From: an uncultured Bacillales bacterium
GTDB taxonomy: Bacteria; Bacillota_I; Bacilli_A; RF39; UBA660
Length of the DNA: 62,868 nt
Assembly: GCA_946624985.1 (NCBI GenBank)
Contig: CAMOSQ010000005.1
Location: 1 to 62,868 of the forward strand
Direction: 5' to 3'
This document shows, one piece after another, positions 39,981-50,387 of the stretch. Both the position numbers and the translations under genes were made by a program. The notes under the pieces were generated by a model. The model ran no database searches. It was given only the letters and a program-made list of their open reading frames with translations, and was not told the DNA's origin. Numbering within the stretch: the first letter of the stretch is position 1; every line of letters starts with the position of its first letter.

Positions 39981-40715
39981 CTACTCACCATCCCTCTTTA
40001 AAAATGCAACCGAAATATTATCAGTTCCACCTCTATTATTCGACTTTATAATCAATTTACTAATTTTTTCCTTAATTGTTGTATCCTCATTAAGTACCTT
40101 TGAAATTTGATCATCATCCAACATATTAGTTAAACCATCACTACACAAAAGAATTCCATCAACATCAGTCTCAACATCAAAAATATCCATTTCAACCGTT
40201 GTTGTAGCACCTAAAGCCTTCATTAAAACATTCTTTCTTGGATGATCTTTTGCTTCTTCCTCTGTTATTTCCCCAGACTTAACAAGTAAATTAACTAATG
40301 TATGATCATTAGTGATTTTATGTATCGACTTATTTTTATATACATACCCAGATGAATCACCAATATTACCAAATAATAAATAATCTTTTGTTAATACAGA
40401 AAGAACAATTGTAGTCCCCATTCCTTTACTATCAGGATGTTCTTCAGTATACTTATATATTTCAACATTAGCTTCACTAACAGAATTTTTAATCCATAAA
40501 ATAGCCTCTTCTTTACTTCCTAACTTATCAAGTTTCTTGAATTCTTTACTTATATTAGAAATGGCAATACTTGATGCAATTTCTCCCCCACGATGTCCAC
40601 CCATACCATCAGCTACAGCTAAAAGTACTTCATTACTTTTATTTACTTCAATTATTACATTATCTTCATTGTGATCCCTAACTTTTCCAGGATCAGTTAA
40701 GTAGGCATATTCCAT
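39981..40715 (-). CDS. stp1: Stp1/PrpC PP2C phosphatase
   Basis: NED, VADGMGGH, GDS, LCSDGL, GGTDNIS. Confidence 0.95.
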   Translation of the reverse strand: MEYAYLTDPGKVRDHNEDNVIIEVNKSNEVLLAVADGMGGHRGGEIASSIAISNISKEFKKLDKLGSKEEAILWIKNSVSEANVEIYKYTEEHPDSKGMGTTIVLSVLTKDYLLFGNIGDSSGYVYKNKSIHKITNDHTLVNLLVKSGEITEEEAKDHPRKNVLMKALGATTTVEMDIFDVETDVDGILLCSDGLTNMLDDDQISKVLNEDTTIKEKISKLIIKSNNRGGTDNISVAFLKRDGE

Positions 40716-41737
40716 TATTTTTCCTCCTCATAATTTGACCTTAGCTGTCCACAAGCAGCGCTTACTTTTCTGCCAAATTCTTTTCTAATTGTAACATTTA
40801 TATTATTCTTCTTAAGAATATCATAAAACTTCATTATTTGTTCCTTTTTACTCGATTTAAACTTTATATGACTTGTTTCATTATATGGTATTAAATTCAC
40901 ATAACAATTTATACCCCTTAAAAGATTTGATAATTCTTTAGCACATTCTTCCGTATCATTTATTTTATCCAACATTATATACTCAAATGTCACTCTTCTA
41001 TTAGTTTTTTCAATATAATTTTTAACCGATTGAATTAATTGTTCTATAGGATATGCTTTATTTACACTCATTATTTCATTTCTTATTTTATTATTTGGTG
41101 CATGTAATGATATCGCAAGATTAACCTGCTTAGAATTATTACTAAATTCATTTATTTTTGGAACTAGTCCAGATGTTGACACAGTTATATGTCTAGCACC
41201 TATGTCAATTCCTTTTGGCTCATTTACTATATCTATAAATTTTATTACATTATCATAATTATCAAATGGCTCACCAATTCCCATAAGTACTATATGTGAT
41301 ATCCTTATATTTAAGTCTTCTTCTACCTGTAATATCTGAGAAACCATTTCATATGCATTAAGATTTCTAACCTTTTTTAAACGACCACTCTCACAAAAAG
41401 CACATCCCATATTACATCCTACCTGAGTTGAAACACACAAACTATTACCATAATCATGCTTCATTAAAACAGCCTCTATTTTATTACTATCCTTTAACTC
41501 AAATAAATATTTACACACATCTATATCTTTTTGTTTAGTTAATAACTTCAATCTCTCTATTGAAAAATCATTTTTTAACTGTTCTAATGTATCTCTTTTA
41601 ATATTTGTCATTTCTTCAAAAGACTTTACTCTTTTTTTATATAACCATTCATATACTTGTATTGCTTTGAATTCCTTTTCATTATTTTTTTTAAAATACT
41701 CTTTTAGCTCATCCAATCGATAATCATATATATTCAT
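40715..41737 (-). CDS. rlmN: 23S rRNA/tRNA m2A methyltransferase
   Basis: STQVGCNMGCAFC, MGIGEP, SLHA, AACGQL. Confidence 0.96.
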   Translation of the reverse strand: MNIYDYRLDELKEYFKKNNEKEFKAIQVYEWLYKKRVKSFEEMTNIKRDTLEQLKNDFSIERLKLLTKQKDIDVCKYLFELKDSNKIEAVLMKHDYGNSLCVSTQVGCNMGCAFCESGRLKKVRNLNAYEMVSQILQVEEDLNIRISHIVLMGIGEPFDNYDNVIKFIDIVNEPKGIDIGARHITVSTSGLVPKINEFSNNSKQVNLAISLHAPNNKIRNEIMSVNKAYPIEQLIQSVKNYIEKTNRRVTFEYIMLDKINDTEECAKELSNLLRGINCYVNLIPYNETSHIKFKSSKKEQIMKFYDILKKNNINVTIRKEFGRKVSAACGQLRSNYEEEK

Positions 41738-41830
41738 ATTTACACCCTAACAATAATTATAACAAAAAGTACCAATTGTATCAATTATCTTTTGAATTTT
41801 ATAAAAAAAACTATACATTTTCTGTATAGT

Positions 41831-42625
41831 TTATGATAATTTTTCTACTTCTTGATGTAATCTTATTTTACAATCACATAAAAAGCAATACTCAGAAGTA
41901 GTATGAACAGTTGCGCCACAATTAGAACAACATATATCGCTTTGTGTCCATTTTTGGATATCAATTGTAGAAATTTCTTGAGTCTTATATGTTTGAACTT
42001 TATCTTCCTCAAATTTTGAAATCGATAATTCATTTTTCTTTTTAAACTTAGACATTACATCTGAAGTCTTATCCTTAATTTTTTGTATAGGCTTACCACA
42101 TAAAACTGTTAACTTATTAAACTTTATCATTCCATCTTTTGTTGTTTCATGAGTCATATTTAATTTTTTTTCTAACTGTTTTTCCTTTAGTGTACCTATT
42201 AAATCTTCAACCTTAACCTTTAACTTATCAATATTTAAAAACCCTAATGAAATAGTTAATATTACAAAAATATTACCAAGAATCATTACAACTAAACCAT
42301 ATCTATAAGATGCAAAACAATTATACATAGTTCTTATTTGATCTAATCTTCCACTATTATCCATCATAAATTTAAATATAATTAAAAGCGATAAAACAGA
42401 TGGAATATATAATAATTGCTTATAATTAAGTTTAAATAATAAAAACATTGCTGCAGAAAGTATTATTATAAGTGGTCCATTTTCTTTAAGAAAACTAATA
42501 TTCTCTTGAGCAATAGTAATTGATGGCAAAAGTGAACCAAATAATACTAAAAGAATTCCAACAACTAACATTACATCATGCTTATCTAAATTATAATATC
42601 TTTCTTTCATAATTATCTCCCCCAA
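41831..42625 (-). CDS. Membrane protein with C-terminal zinc ribbon
   Basis: About four TM segments, then CSNC...CFLC. Confidence 0.7.
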   Translation of the reverse strand: MGEIIMKERYYNLDKHDVMLVVGILLVLFGSLLPSITIAQENISFLKENGPLIIILSAAMFLLFKLNYKQLLYIPSVLSLLIIFKFMMDNSGRLDQIRTMYNCFASYRYGLVVMILGNIFVILTISLGFLNIDKLKVKVEDLIGTLKEKQLEKKLNMTHETTKDGMIKFNKLTVLCGKPIQKIKDKTSDVMSKFKKKNELSISKFEEDKVQTYKTQEISTIDIQKWTQSDICCSNCGATVHTTSEYCFLCDCKIRLHQEVEKLS

Positions 42626-42699
42626 AAATTTGCATACTATTATAGCACTATTTCCTTATTTGTCAAACTATATATAGAAAAAAAGCACATATAGTGCTT

Positions 42700-44079
42700 T
42701 TAGAATCTTACTTTTTCTTTAATATAATCTACTAGTTCATCAACTTTTATTGTAACTTGTTCCATTGTATCTCTATCTCTTACTGTTACAGTGTTATTAT
42801 TTAGTGTTTCTTCATCTATTGTTACACAGTAAGGTGTTCCTATAACATCTTGTCTTCTATATCTTTTTCCAATGTTTCCTGTTTCATCGTATGAGGTCAT
42901 AAATTCTTTTGATAACATATTATAGATTTCCTCTGCTTTTTCTTGATGATACTTTTTCATAAGTGGTAATACAGCTACTTTATATGGAGCTATTGATGGT
43001 AAAAAATGCATTACTTCTCTTGTTGATCCATCTTCTAATGTTTCTTCTTCATAACTATCACATAGTACGGCTAGTAAAAGTCTGTCACATCCAACTGATG
43101 GTTCTATTACATATGGAGTATATTTTTCATTTGTTTCTGGGTCTAAGTATTTTAAATCCTTTCCCGAATGATTTGAATGTACTGTTAGATCGTAGTCTGT
43201 TCTATCTGCTATTCCCCATAGTTCTCCAAATCCATTTGGATAGTTGTATTCTATATCTGTTGTACCTTTACTATAGAAAACTAATTCTTCTGGTTTATGT
43301 TTTCTTAATCTTAGATTTTCTTCTTTTATTCCTAAATCTTTTAGAAATCTCATACAATATTCTTCAAAATATTTAAACCATTCTAAATCTGTTCCTGGTT
43401 TACAGAAAAATTCATATTCCATTTGTTCAAATTCTCTTGTTCTAAATATGAAATTTCCTGGTGTAATTTCATTTCTAAATGCCTTACCAATTTGTGCGAT
43501 ACCGAATGGAACTTTTGCTCTCATACTTCTTTGCACGTTCATAAAATTAACAAATATTCCTTGAGCAGTTTCTCCTCTTAGGTATACTTTGTTTTTTGTA
43601 TCTTCTGTTACACCCATATGAGTTTCGAACAATAGATTAAATTGTCTTATGCTTGTAAAGTTTGTTTTACCACATTTTGGGCATGGAATATTATTTTCTC
43701 TTATATATTTTTTTAATTTCTCGTTATCCCATCCATCTCCTGTTTCTTTTCCTTCTGAAAACTCTTCTATTAATTTATCTGCTCTATATCTTGATTTACA
43801 TTCCTTGCAATCTATTAGTGGATCAGAAAATGAGGATACATGTCCTGACGCTACCCATACTTCTGGGTTCATTAGTATTGCAGCATCTAATTCATAACTG
43901 TTTTTATTGTCTTGTACAAATCTTTTTCTCCATGCATCTTTGATATTATTCTTTAATCTTGATCCTAATGGACCATAATCCCAAGTATTTGCTAGTCCAT
44001 CATATATTTCTGAACCTTGATAAATAAATCCATATTGCTTGCACAAATTAACCATTTTCTCCATTGTAATCTTTTCCAT
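42700..44079 (-). CDS. glyQS: Glycine--tRNA ligase (alpha2 type)
   Basis: [36 protein letters not shown], anticodon-binding domain. Confidence 0.97.
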   Translation of the reverse strand: MEKITMEKMVNLCKQYGFIYQGSEIYDGLANTWDYGPLGSRLKNNIKDAWRKRFVQDNKNSYELDAAILMNPEVWVASGHVSSFSDPLIDCKECKSRYRADKLIEEFSEGKETGDGWDNEKLKKYIRENNIPCPKCGKTNFTSIRQFNLLFETHMGVTEDTKNKVYLRGETAQGIFVNFMNVQRSMRAKVPFGIAQIGKAFRNEITPGNFIFRTREFEQMEYEFFCKPGTDLEWFKYFEEYCMRFLKDLGIKEENLRLRKHKPEELVFYSKGTTDIEYNYPNGFGELWGIADRTDYDLTVHSNHSGKDLKYLDPETNEKYTPYVIEPSVGCDRLLLAVLCDSYEEETLEDGSTREVMHFLPSIAPYKVAVLPLMKKYHQEKAEEIYNMLSKEFMTSYDETGNIGKRYRRQDVIGTPYCVTIDEETLNNNTVTVRDRDTMEQVTIKVDELVDYIKEKVRF

Positions 44080-44093
44080 AAAATCACCCTTTC

Positions 44094-44219
44094 AAATAAA
44101 AAGATTCTTTTAGTTTGTAAGGACCCAATTGGGCGGTTCCACCTTACTTATTCTAAAAGAATCAGCTTTAAGTATATTGCTCTTGAGTATCCAGCTCCGT
44201 CATCACATTTAAATATTAC
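44094..44219 (-). promoter_or_regulatory. Minimal T-box riboswitch (Gly, putative GGA specifier)
   Basis: GUAAGG-UGGAACC-GCCC-AAUU-GGGU-CCUUAC antiterminator; ~35-nt Stem I; promoter TTGACA(44254-44249)-17-TAAAAT(44231-44226). Confidence 0.8.
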
Positions 44220-44260
44220 AATGTTATTTTATTACTTTTTTTATTATGTGTCAATGTTTT

Positions 44261-44698
44261 TTAAATGAATACTCTATAAGTAAAGAATAATGCAGATATT
44301 ATACCTAATATTATTCCAGCAATTACTTCCTGTGGCTTATGTCCAAGTTTCTCTTTTAATTTTTTAATTCCCTGATCCTTAAAAATTTCATCAAATATCC
44401 TATTAATTGCCTCAGCCTGCTTACCACTTTCCATACGAAGTCCCATTGCGTCATACGAAACAATTAAAGTAAAAACTAGAGCTATCGCAAAAAGAGGATC
44501 ATTAAAACCTAAATTTAGTCCTATCATCATTGTTAATGACATTGAAAAAGATGTATGTGATGATGGCATACCACCAGATCCATTAAACAATCTTCCCCAC
44601 ACAATTTTTTTATTTATAATTGATTCAATTATAAACTTTAATGTCTGACATACCAACAATGTTACAAATGGTACTACCAAAAATTTATATTCCCTCAT
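44261..44698 (-). CDS. Divergent PAP2-family (DUF212) protein
   Basis: GGMPSSH, YDAMGLR..GKQA, LGHKPQEV. Confidence 0.9.
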   Translation of the reverse strand: MREYKFLVVPFVTLLVCQTLKFIIESIINKKIVWGRLFNGSGGMPSSHTSFSMSLTMMIGLNLGFNDPLFAIALVFTLIVSYDAMGLRMESGKQAEAINRIFDEIFKDQGIKKLKEKLGHKPQEVIAGIILGIISALFFTYRVFI

Positions 44699-45432
44699 AA
44701 CTCACCTACTTTTGATAATTTATCTATCATTTTCTTACTCTTTAAATACAATCCTGTATATCTATCATAATAATTAGTCAAGAAAAAATCTATTTCTTCA
44801 CATACTTTCTTTGATATTTCTATTTTATCTATCTTTCCAATATCAACATAATAAAACATCCTTATTAACTTTATAGTCTTCTCATCTACAATCGTTTCAT
44901 CTTTCCTACAATTTCTACAAAGAAATCCACCAGCGTCACTAGAAATTGTAACAATATTTTCACTCCCACAAATACTACATCTATCCAATATTGGCATAAC
45001 ACCAAGACTTTTCAACCATTTAAGTTCTAAAATATTAGTTATTATTTGAGGATTTAAACCTTCATCCATCTTTTTCAAGGATGAAACTAAATTATAATAT
45101 ATATCTTCACTTTTCGTTTGTTTAATAACCTGATCAACAAGCTCTAAAATATATGATGCATAACTAATTTTTATTATATCCTTCTTAATATTCTTATAAA
45201 AATCAATTACATCAATTTCTTTTAAAGTAGAAAGTTTTCCTTCCTTATACATAATATTAAAATAACCATAAGTGAGTTTCGTAGATGAACTTCTTAAAGG
45301 GCTCTTTAACGTTCTAGCCCCTTTAGCAAGTATACTAATTATTCCGTGCTCCTTAGTAACAACATCAATTATTTTACTTGTTTCGCTGTATACTTTTTCC
45401 TTAATTATTACTCCCTCAACACGCTCAATCAT
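44695..45432 (-). CDS. recO: DNA repair protein RecO
   Basis: YSETSKI, AKGAR, CSIC..GGFLCRNC; downstream of era. Confidence 0.93.
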   Translation of the reverse strand: MIERVEGVIIKEKVYSETSKIIDVVTKEHGIISILAKGARTLKSPLRSSSTKLTYGYFNIMYKEGKLSTLKEIDVIDFYKNIKKDIIKISYASYILELVDQVIKQTKSEDIYYNLVSSLKKMDEGLNPQIITNILELKWLKSLGVMPILDRCSICGSENIVTISSDAGGFLCRNCRKDETIVDEKTIKLIRMFYYVDIGKIDKIEISKKVCEEIDFFLTNYYDRYTGLYLKSKKMIDKLSKVGEL

Positions 45433-45677
45433 ACTTCTTCAAATCTATATTTTTGTTCTACATCAGGATACTTCTCATGATCAACTTCAGATATAAACAT
45501 ATCATATGGTCTAGCCCAATGATAATGTTCACCATATAATGCTTCATAAATTACAATTTTTTTAAATTCCTCATCATTATTTGATTCAGAATCAAAAACA
45601 ATATCAATTACCTTATATAAATTACCTTTAAAATGCCTATATTTTTTTCCTATCTTTACTTCTCTCATTTTTCTCAA
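45429..45677 (-). CDS. DUF1653-family protein
   Basis: YRHFKG, YEALYG, WARPYDMF, QKYRF. Confidence 0.9.
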   Translation of the reverse strand: MRKMREVKIGKKYRHFKGNLYKVIDIVFDSESNNDEEFKKIVIYEALYGEHYHWARPYDMFISEVDHEKYPDVEQKYRFEEV

Positions 45678-45785
45678 CTTCCTTAATCTTTAAATAATAT
45701 TCAATTTTACCAGTACTTCGAAATAAATTCCATAATAAATTTTTCATTTTAATCACCTATTTTATAATGGTAATTATATTATATT

Positions 45786-46673
45786 TTATTCCATAAAATC
45801 ATTATATCCGAATTCTTGAAGATACTTTTCCTTATCCCTCCACTTTGGAATTGTCTTAACAAACAAATCTAAATATACCTTACTGTCTAATAATTCTTCT
45901 ATATCAACACGAGCTTTAGTCCCAATATCCTTAATTTTACTTCCCCTTTTACCAATAACAATCTTCTTTAAAGAATCTCTGTCTACAATTATCGCAACAT
46001 TTATAAAATAAGAATCTTTTTTCTTCTCTATATTTTCAGTAACACAAGTTATTGAATGAGGAACTTCTTCATCAGTCAAATTAAAAACCTTTTCTCTAAC
46101 AGTCTCCGCAATAATAAATGGTATTGTTTTATTAGTATACATATCATCTTCATAATACTTTATAGAATCAGTTAAATAATTCTTTAATACCTTAACAACA
46201 GTATCAATATTATTCTTCTTAAGTGCTGACAAAGGTATTATTTCCTTAAAATCATATAAATCCTTATACTCATTTATTTTTACAAGTATTTCTTCCTTTG
46301 TCATTTTATCAATTTTATTTATTATTAATATAACTGGCTTATTAGTTTCTTTTAAAGAATCAATTATATAATTATCACCTTTTCCAAGTTCTTCAGAACC
46401 ATCAACTAATAACAATATAATATCAACATCACCTATAGAATAATATGCTTGCTTATTTAATGTTTTACCCAACTTATGACTAGGCTTATGAATTCCTGGA
46501 GTATCAACAAATACTATTTGTGAATCAGAATCGTTATATATACCTTGTATAATATTTCTTGTTGTTTGTGGCTTGTTAGACGTAATCGCAACTTTCTTAC
46601 CGACAATACTATTTATTAAAGTAGACTTACCAACATTTGGTCTACCTATTAATGTTACAAAACCAGACTTCAT
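45786..46673 (-). CDS. era: GTPase Era
   Basis: GRPNVGKST, PQTTR, DTPG, NKID, KH domain. Confidence 0.97.
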   Translation of the reverse strand: MKSGFVTLIGRPNVGKSTLINSIVGKKVAITSNKPQTTRNIIQGIYNDSDSQIVFVDTPGIHKPSHKLGKTLNKQAYYSIGDVDIILLLVDGSEELGKGDNYIIDSLKETNKPVILIINKIDKMTKEEILVKINEYKDLYDFKEIIPLSALKKNNIDTVVKVLKNYLTDSIKYYEDDMYTNKTIPFIIAETVREKVFNLTDEEVPHSITCVTENIEKKKDSYFINVAIIVDRDSLKKIVIGKRGSKIKDIGTKARVDIEELLDSKVYLDLFVKTIPKWRDKEKYLQEFGYNDFME

Positions 46674-47059
46674 TTCAAATCATCCTCATCAAATGGATAT
46701 GGACATAATTCTTCTACTGTAAATTCTTTTGTTTCTCCCTCACTGCTATAACATATAACTTTCGCAGTTTTATCAAATAACTCTGATATTACCTGCCTAC
46801 ACGCAAAACAAGATGTACTTATCTGTTTACTATCCAGACACATTATATGAAGTTCTTTAAAATCACCTTTTTTATATCCAGCAGCAATAGCGCTAAAAAT
46901 TGCGATTCTTTCCGCGCAAACACATGCACCATATGAAGCATTTTCAACATTTACTCCACTGAATTTTTTTCCATCTTTCATTATAGCTATAGATGCTACC
47001 CTAAAATGCGAATAAGGACTATATGAATTTCTTCCTAATTCTAATAATTCTTCTTTCAT
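46670..47059 (-). CDS. cdd: Cytidine deaminase
   Basis: YSPYSHF, NVENASY, CAER, CFACRQ. Confidence 0.95.
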   Translation of the reverse strand: MKEELLELGRNSYSPYSHFRVASIAIMKDGKKFSGVNVENASYGACVCAERIAIFSAIAAGYKKGDFKELHIMCLDSKQISTSCFACRQVISELFDKTAKVICYSSEGETKEFTVEELCPYPFDEDDLK

Positions 47060-47185
47060 GTTTACCTCCTATATGTATATATTAAGTATATCATAAATAA
47101 AAAATGGTTTAAATATTTTTATCTATATTTTATTTTTTATTTTTATATAGTATAATTATATTAGTAAGTATAAGGAGGTGAAATT

Positions 47186-47848
47186 ATGAAAAAATATATT
47201 GCTGAAGGCGTAGGAACTATGTTACTTACATTAATAGCATGCGGTGTTGCAGTAATTGTTGGTAATATCATTACTTCATCATTAGCTTTTGGACTTGTAA
47301 TTGTTGCAGCAGCATATAGTATTGGAAATGTATCTGGATGTCATATAAATCCTGCAGTTTCTATATCAATGGTTGTTGCTGGTAAGATGGAAGTTAAAGA
47401 ATGTATTAAATACATCATTTCTCAAATAATTGGTGCATTATTTGGGTCATTACTTCTTGCTTTATGCCTAGGAAGCTTTAAAGAATTAGGCGCTAATAGT
47501 TATGGAACAATGCTTGGTACTACTGAAGTTAATATGTGGATCGCACTTCTAGTTGAAGTAATTCTAACATTTATTTTTACTACTACTATATTAGGAGTTA
47601 CAGATAAAAAAGAAAATGGTCATGTAACTGGAATAGTAATTGGACTAACACTAATCTTAGTTCACTTATTTGGTATACCATTTACTGGAACAAGTGTTAA
47701 CCCTGCTAGAAGTCTTGCGCCTGCAATTCTACAAGGAGGAAATGCACTAAAACAAGTTTGGGTATTTATAGTTGCGCCATGTGCTGGAGCTATACTATCA
47801 GGACTATTCTATAGATTTGTATTAAAAGAAGAAAAAAAATCAAAATAA
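47186..47848 (+). CDS. MIP-family channel (aquaporin Z-like)
   Basis: SGCHINPA and GTSVNPARS. Confidence 0.93.
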   Translation: MKKYIAEGVGTMLLTLIACGVAVIVGNIITSSLAFGLVIVAAAYSIGNVSGCHINPAVSISMVVAGKMEVKECIKYIISQIIGALFGSLLLALCLGSFKELGANSYGTMLGTTEVNMWIALLVEVILTFIFTTTILGVTDKKENGHVTGIVIGLTLILVHLFGIPFTGTSVNPARSLAPAILQGGNALKQVWVFIVAPCAGAILSGLFYRFVLKEEKKSK

Positions 47849-47880
47849 AAAGCCTTATAGAAAAACTATAAGGTTTTTTT
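47846..47880. terminator. Bidirectional terminator
   Basis: AAAAAGCCTTATAG-AAAAA-CTATAAGGTTTTTT. Confidence 0.8.
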
Positions 47881-48026
47881 ATATCTTCAACACAGGCACA
47901 ATCATCATTAATACTATTAATCAAATCAATATTATCAGGTTGAATCATTTTTTTTACACTACTCAAATCACGTAAAAATATACCTCTATTATATACATTT
48001 AAGAAAAAAACTGTAAACAAAAAAAC

Positions 48027-48422
48027 CTAAAATAAACTAAGTATCTTAGGTATAAATATTATTAATCCCGATATAGCCGCAACAAACGCAAATACTAAAA
48101 CCGCACCACTAGCAGTATCCTTTGCTATCTTAGCAAGAGGATCTTTTTTAGGACAAATCAAATCAACAATTGCCTCTATAGACGTATTAATTAATTCAGT
48201 AGCTATCACAAGTCCAAATAGCATAAAACAAACTAACCACTCAAAATAACTTATTTTAAATATTATCCCAAATACTATTACAAGAAATGCAACTATTGTA
48301 TGAACTATAATATTTTGTTCATACATAAATGCATACTTTATACCTTCAAGTGCATATTTAAAACTATTAAATAATCTTTTTATACTTCTTTTTTTTAACT
48401 TATCTCGTGATACCGAATCCAT
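48027..48422 (-). CDS. dgkA: DgkA-family diacylglycerol/undecaprenol kinase
   Basis: SFKYALEGI, ELINTSIE, AKIAKD. Confidence 0.92.
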   Translation of the reverse strand: MDSVSRDKLKKRSIKRLFNSFKYALEGIKYAFMYEQNIIVHTIVAFLVIVFGIIFKISYFEWLVCFMLFGLVIATELINTSIEAIVDLICPKKDPLAKIAKDTASGAVLVFAFVAAISGLIIFIPKILSLF

Positions 48423-48852
48423 TTAATATTTCCTCCTGTTTAGCAAACATTATTTTTTCATCATCAGGCTCCATATGATCATATCCAAGTAAATGTAAAA
48501 ATCCATGTACAGTTAAAAAAGCAAGTTCACGCCTCTCACTATGTCCATACGACTTTGCCTGTTCCTTAACCTTATCAATTGATATATATATATCGCCTAA
48601 TATTCTATAATTTTCTAAATTAACACCTTCACTATCCTCTAACGCAAAAGAAATAACATCAGTAGGTCTATCTATACCCCTATATTCTTTATTTATCTTA
48701 TGAATTCTTTCATTATCAACAATAATAACACTAAACTCTAATTCAGTATCATCTAATCCTTCATAACTTCTAGCATACAAAAGTAAAGGCTTTAATACAT
48801 CTAAATCCTTAATTTCATTACCTGTTTCATTAAATATTTCAACATTATCCAT
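48400..48852 (-). CDS. ybeY: rRNA maturation RNase YbeY
   Basis: PTDVISF, LGDIYIS, HGFLHLLGYDH; AGGTG RBS supports start at 48852. Confidence 0.95.
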   Translation of the reverse strand: MDNVEIFNETGNEIKDLDVLKPLLLYARSYEGLDDTELEFSVIIVDNERIHKINKEYRGIDRPTDVISFALEDSEGVNLENYRILGDIYISIDKVKEQAKSYGHSERRELAFLTVHGFLHLLGYDHMEPDDEKIMFAKQEEILNGFGITR

Positions 48853-48895
48853 AAATTCACCTGTTTCTTTAAAGATTATATCACATTTCAATAAT

Positions 48896-50074
48896 TTATT
48901 CTACATTTTCTTCATCTACTATAACTTCATAATCAGTAATATCCTCATAAACAGAAAAAAACATATTAAGTTCTAAACTGTCATCCTTTATATTAGAATT
49001 CAAAACTTTGTAATAAATTATATATTCGCCATCCTTTAAATTATTTTTTATTTTCCGAACACCTAACTGTTCAGCCTTTACTAAAGCATCGTCCTTAGTT
49101 AATATATCTTCAATCACAATTTGCTCAGATTGATTTTGAATTACAAAAGATAAAGGCAATAAATTATTTTTTATAATTATTTTTTCTTCAATTTTTTTAT
49201 CTTTATATGGTTTTCTTGTAAACTCTATTGTCTTATCTAATATTTTTAAAGCCAAAACCTTCTTTCTATTATCAGTTAATCTTATTTCATTATAAACAAA
49301 AGGATAAGATACATTTATCTCATACCAAACTTCACCATACACTTTACCTTCAGCAGGTACCGTATTCTTAACAGCATCATCAGCATATATATTACCACTT
49401 ATTACTACATCACCTTTTTTAACATAATTATTTAAATCCTTAACTATTTGACCTTCAGAAGCTTCTATTTTTTTTAATATTGCATCCTTTTTAGAAACAA
49501 TATTTCTATTTTCCAACATTTGTTTTTTTTCTTTTATAATTCTTTCCTCAACTCGTACTATATACTTAGTACCTAAAACTTCAATTTCTAACCATTCAAT
49601 CTTATCCCTATTTTTATTTATTATTTCATTTTTTATTTGTTGTATCTGATTAAAACTTTTCTTAAAAGTTTTTTCCTTTATACCATATTCCTTTAATTCA
49701 TTTTTAAGGAAATTTCTAAATTCATCATCACTATGTATTATTTCAACATCATACATTACATTACATAAAAAAATCAATAACATATACCCCAATATCATAC
49801 TAATTAAAATATACTTATTTTTATTAATCTGCTTCTTTATCTTTATTAAACCATACTCTGAAACCTTATCAATATTATAAATTGTTTTAAGCTTATTAAC
49901 ACTATCATAATCATCATTATATATAACTATCTCAATAGTTTCTTCATCTATTTTTTTACTTTGTAAAATATCTATTTTATTATTATTTAATCTTACAATA
50001 AATCTATTAATATTTTTACCAGTAACTAACAATCTTACTTTACTCTTTAATTTATAAATAATCCTATTTTTCAT
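48896..50074 (-). CDS. yqfD: Sporulation protein YqfD
   Basis: RFIVRL N-terminus, TM segment, W..I...GT, VKKGDVVISG, GEVWY; synteny with yqfC and ybeY. Confidence 0.85.
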   Translation of the reverse strand: MKNRIIYKLKSKVRLLVTGKNINRFIVRLNNNKIDILQSKKIDEETIEIVIYNDDYDSVNKLKTIYNIDKVSEYGLIKIKKQINKNKYILISMILGYMLLIFLCNVMYDVEIIHSDDEFRNFLKNELKEYGIKEKTFKKSFNQIQQIKNEIINKNRDKIEWLEIEVLGTKYIVRVEERIIKEKKQMLENRNIVSKKDAILKKIEASEGQIVKDLNNYVKKGDVVISGNIYADDAVKNTVPAEGKVYGEVWYEINVSYPFVYNEIRLTDNRKKVLALKILDKTIEFTRKPYKDKKIEEKIIIKNNLLPLSFVIQNQSEQIVIEDILTKDDALVKAEQLGVRKIKNNLKDGEYIIYYKVLNSNIKDDSLELNMFFSVYEDITDYEVIVDEENVE

Positions 50075-50313
50075 GATCTCATCCCTATTTCTTTAATAAT
50101 ACCTGATATCAATATTTCATTATTCAAAAGCTTAGAAACAGTTAAATTATCACCTTTAATACTTATCTTTCCTCTATCATACTTAACAACTACCATATCA
50201 CTATCCAAATACTCTATCAAATCATAATTCGATATATTAATTTTATTATTTAATACAATCATCTTAAACTCATCATCAAGTAAATAATCTCTTACTTTTC
50301 TAACTAGTTTCAC
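50071..50313 (-). CDS. yqfC: YabP/YqfC-family sporulation protein
   Basis: INISNY..IKGDNL..EILISGII; coupled to yqfD. Confidence 0.8.
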   Translation of the reverse strand: MKLVRKVRDYLLDDEFKMIVLNNKINISNYDLIEYLDSDMVVVKYDRGKISIKGDNLTVSKLLNNEILISGIIKEIGMRS

Positions 50314-50387
50314 ATAATCACCTATATAAGTTTATTGTTTTATTATTATTTTTATACAAAGAAAAAAGATTGATAATTATATCAATC

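Noticed and set aside
47790-48020. 76-aa ORF downstream of dgkA
   Set aside because: Runs through a strong terminator into the aquaporin gene; no recognisable motif, at most a remnant
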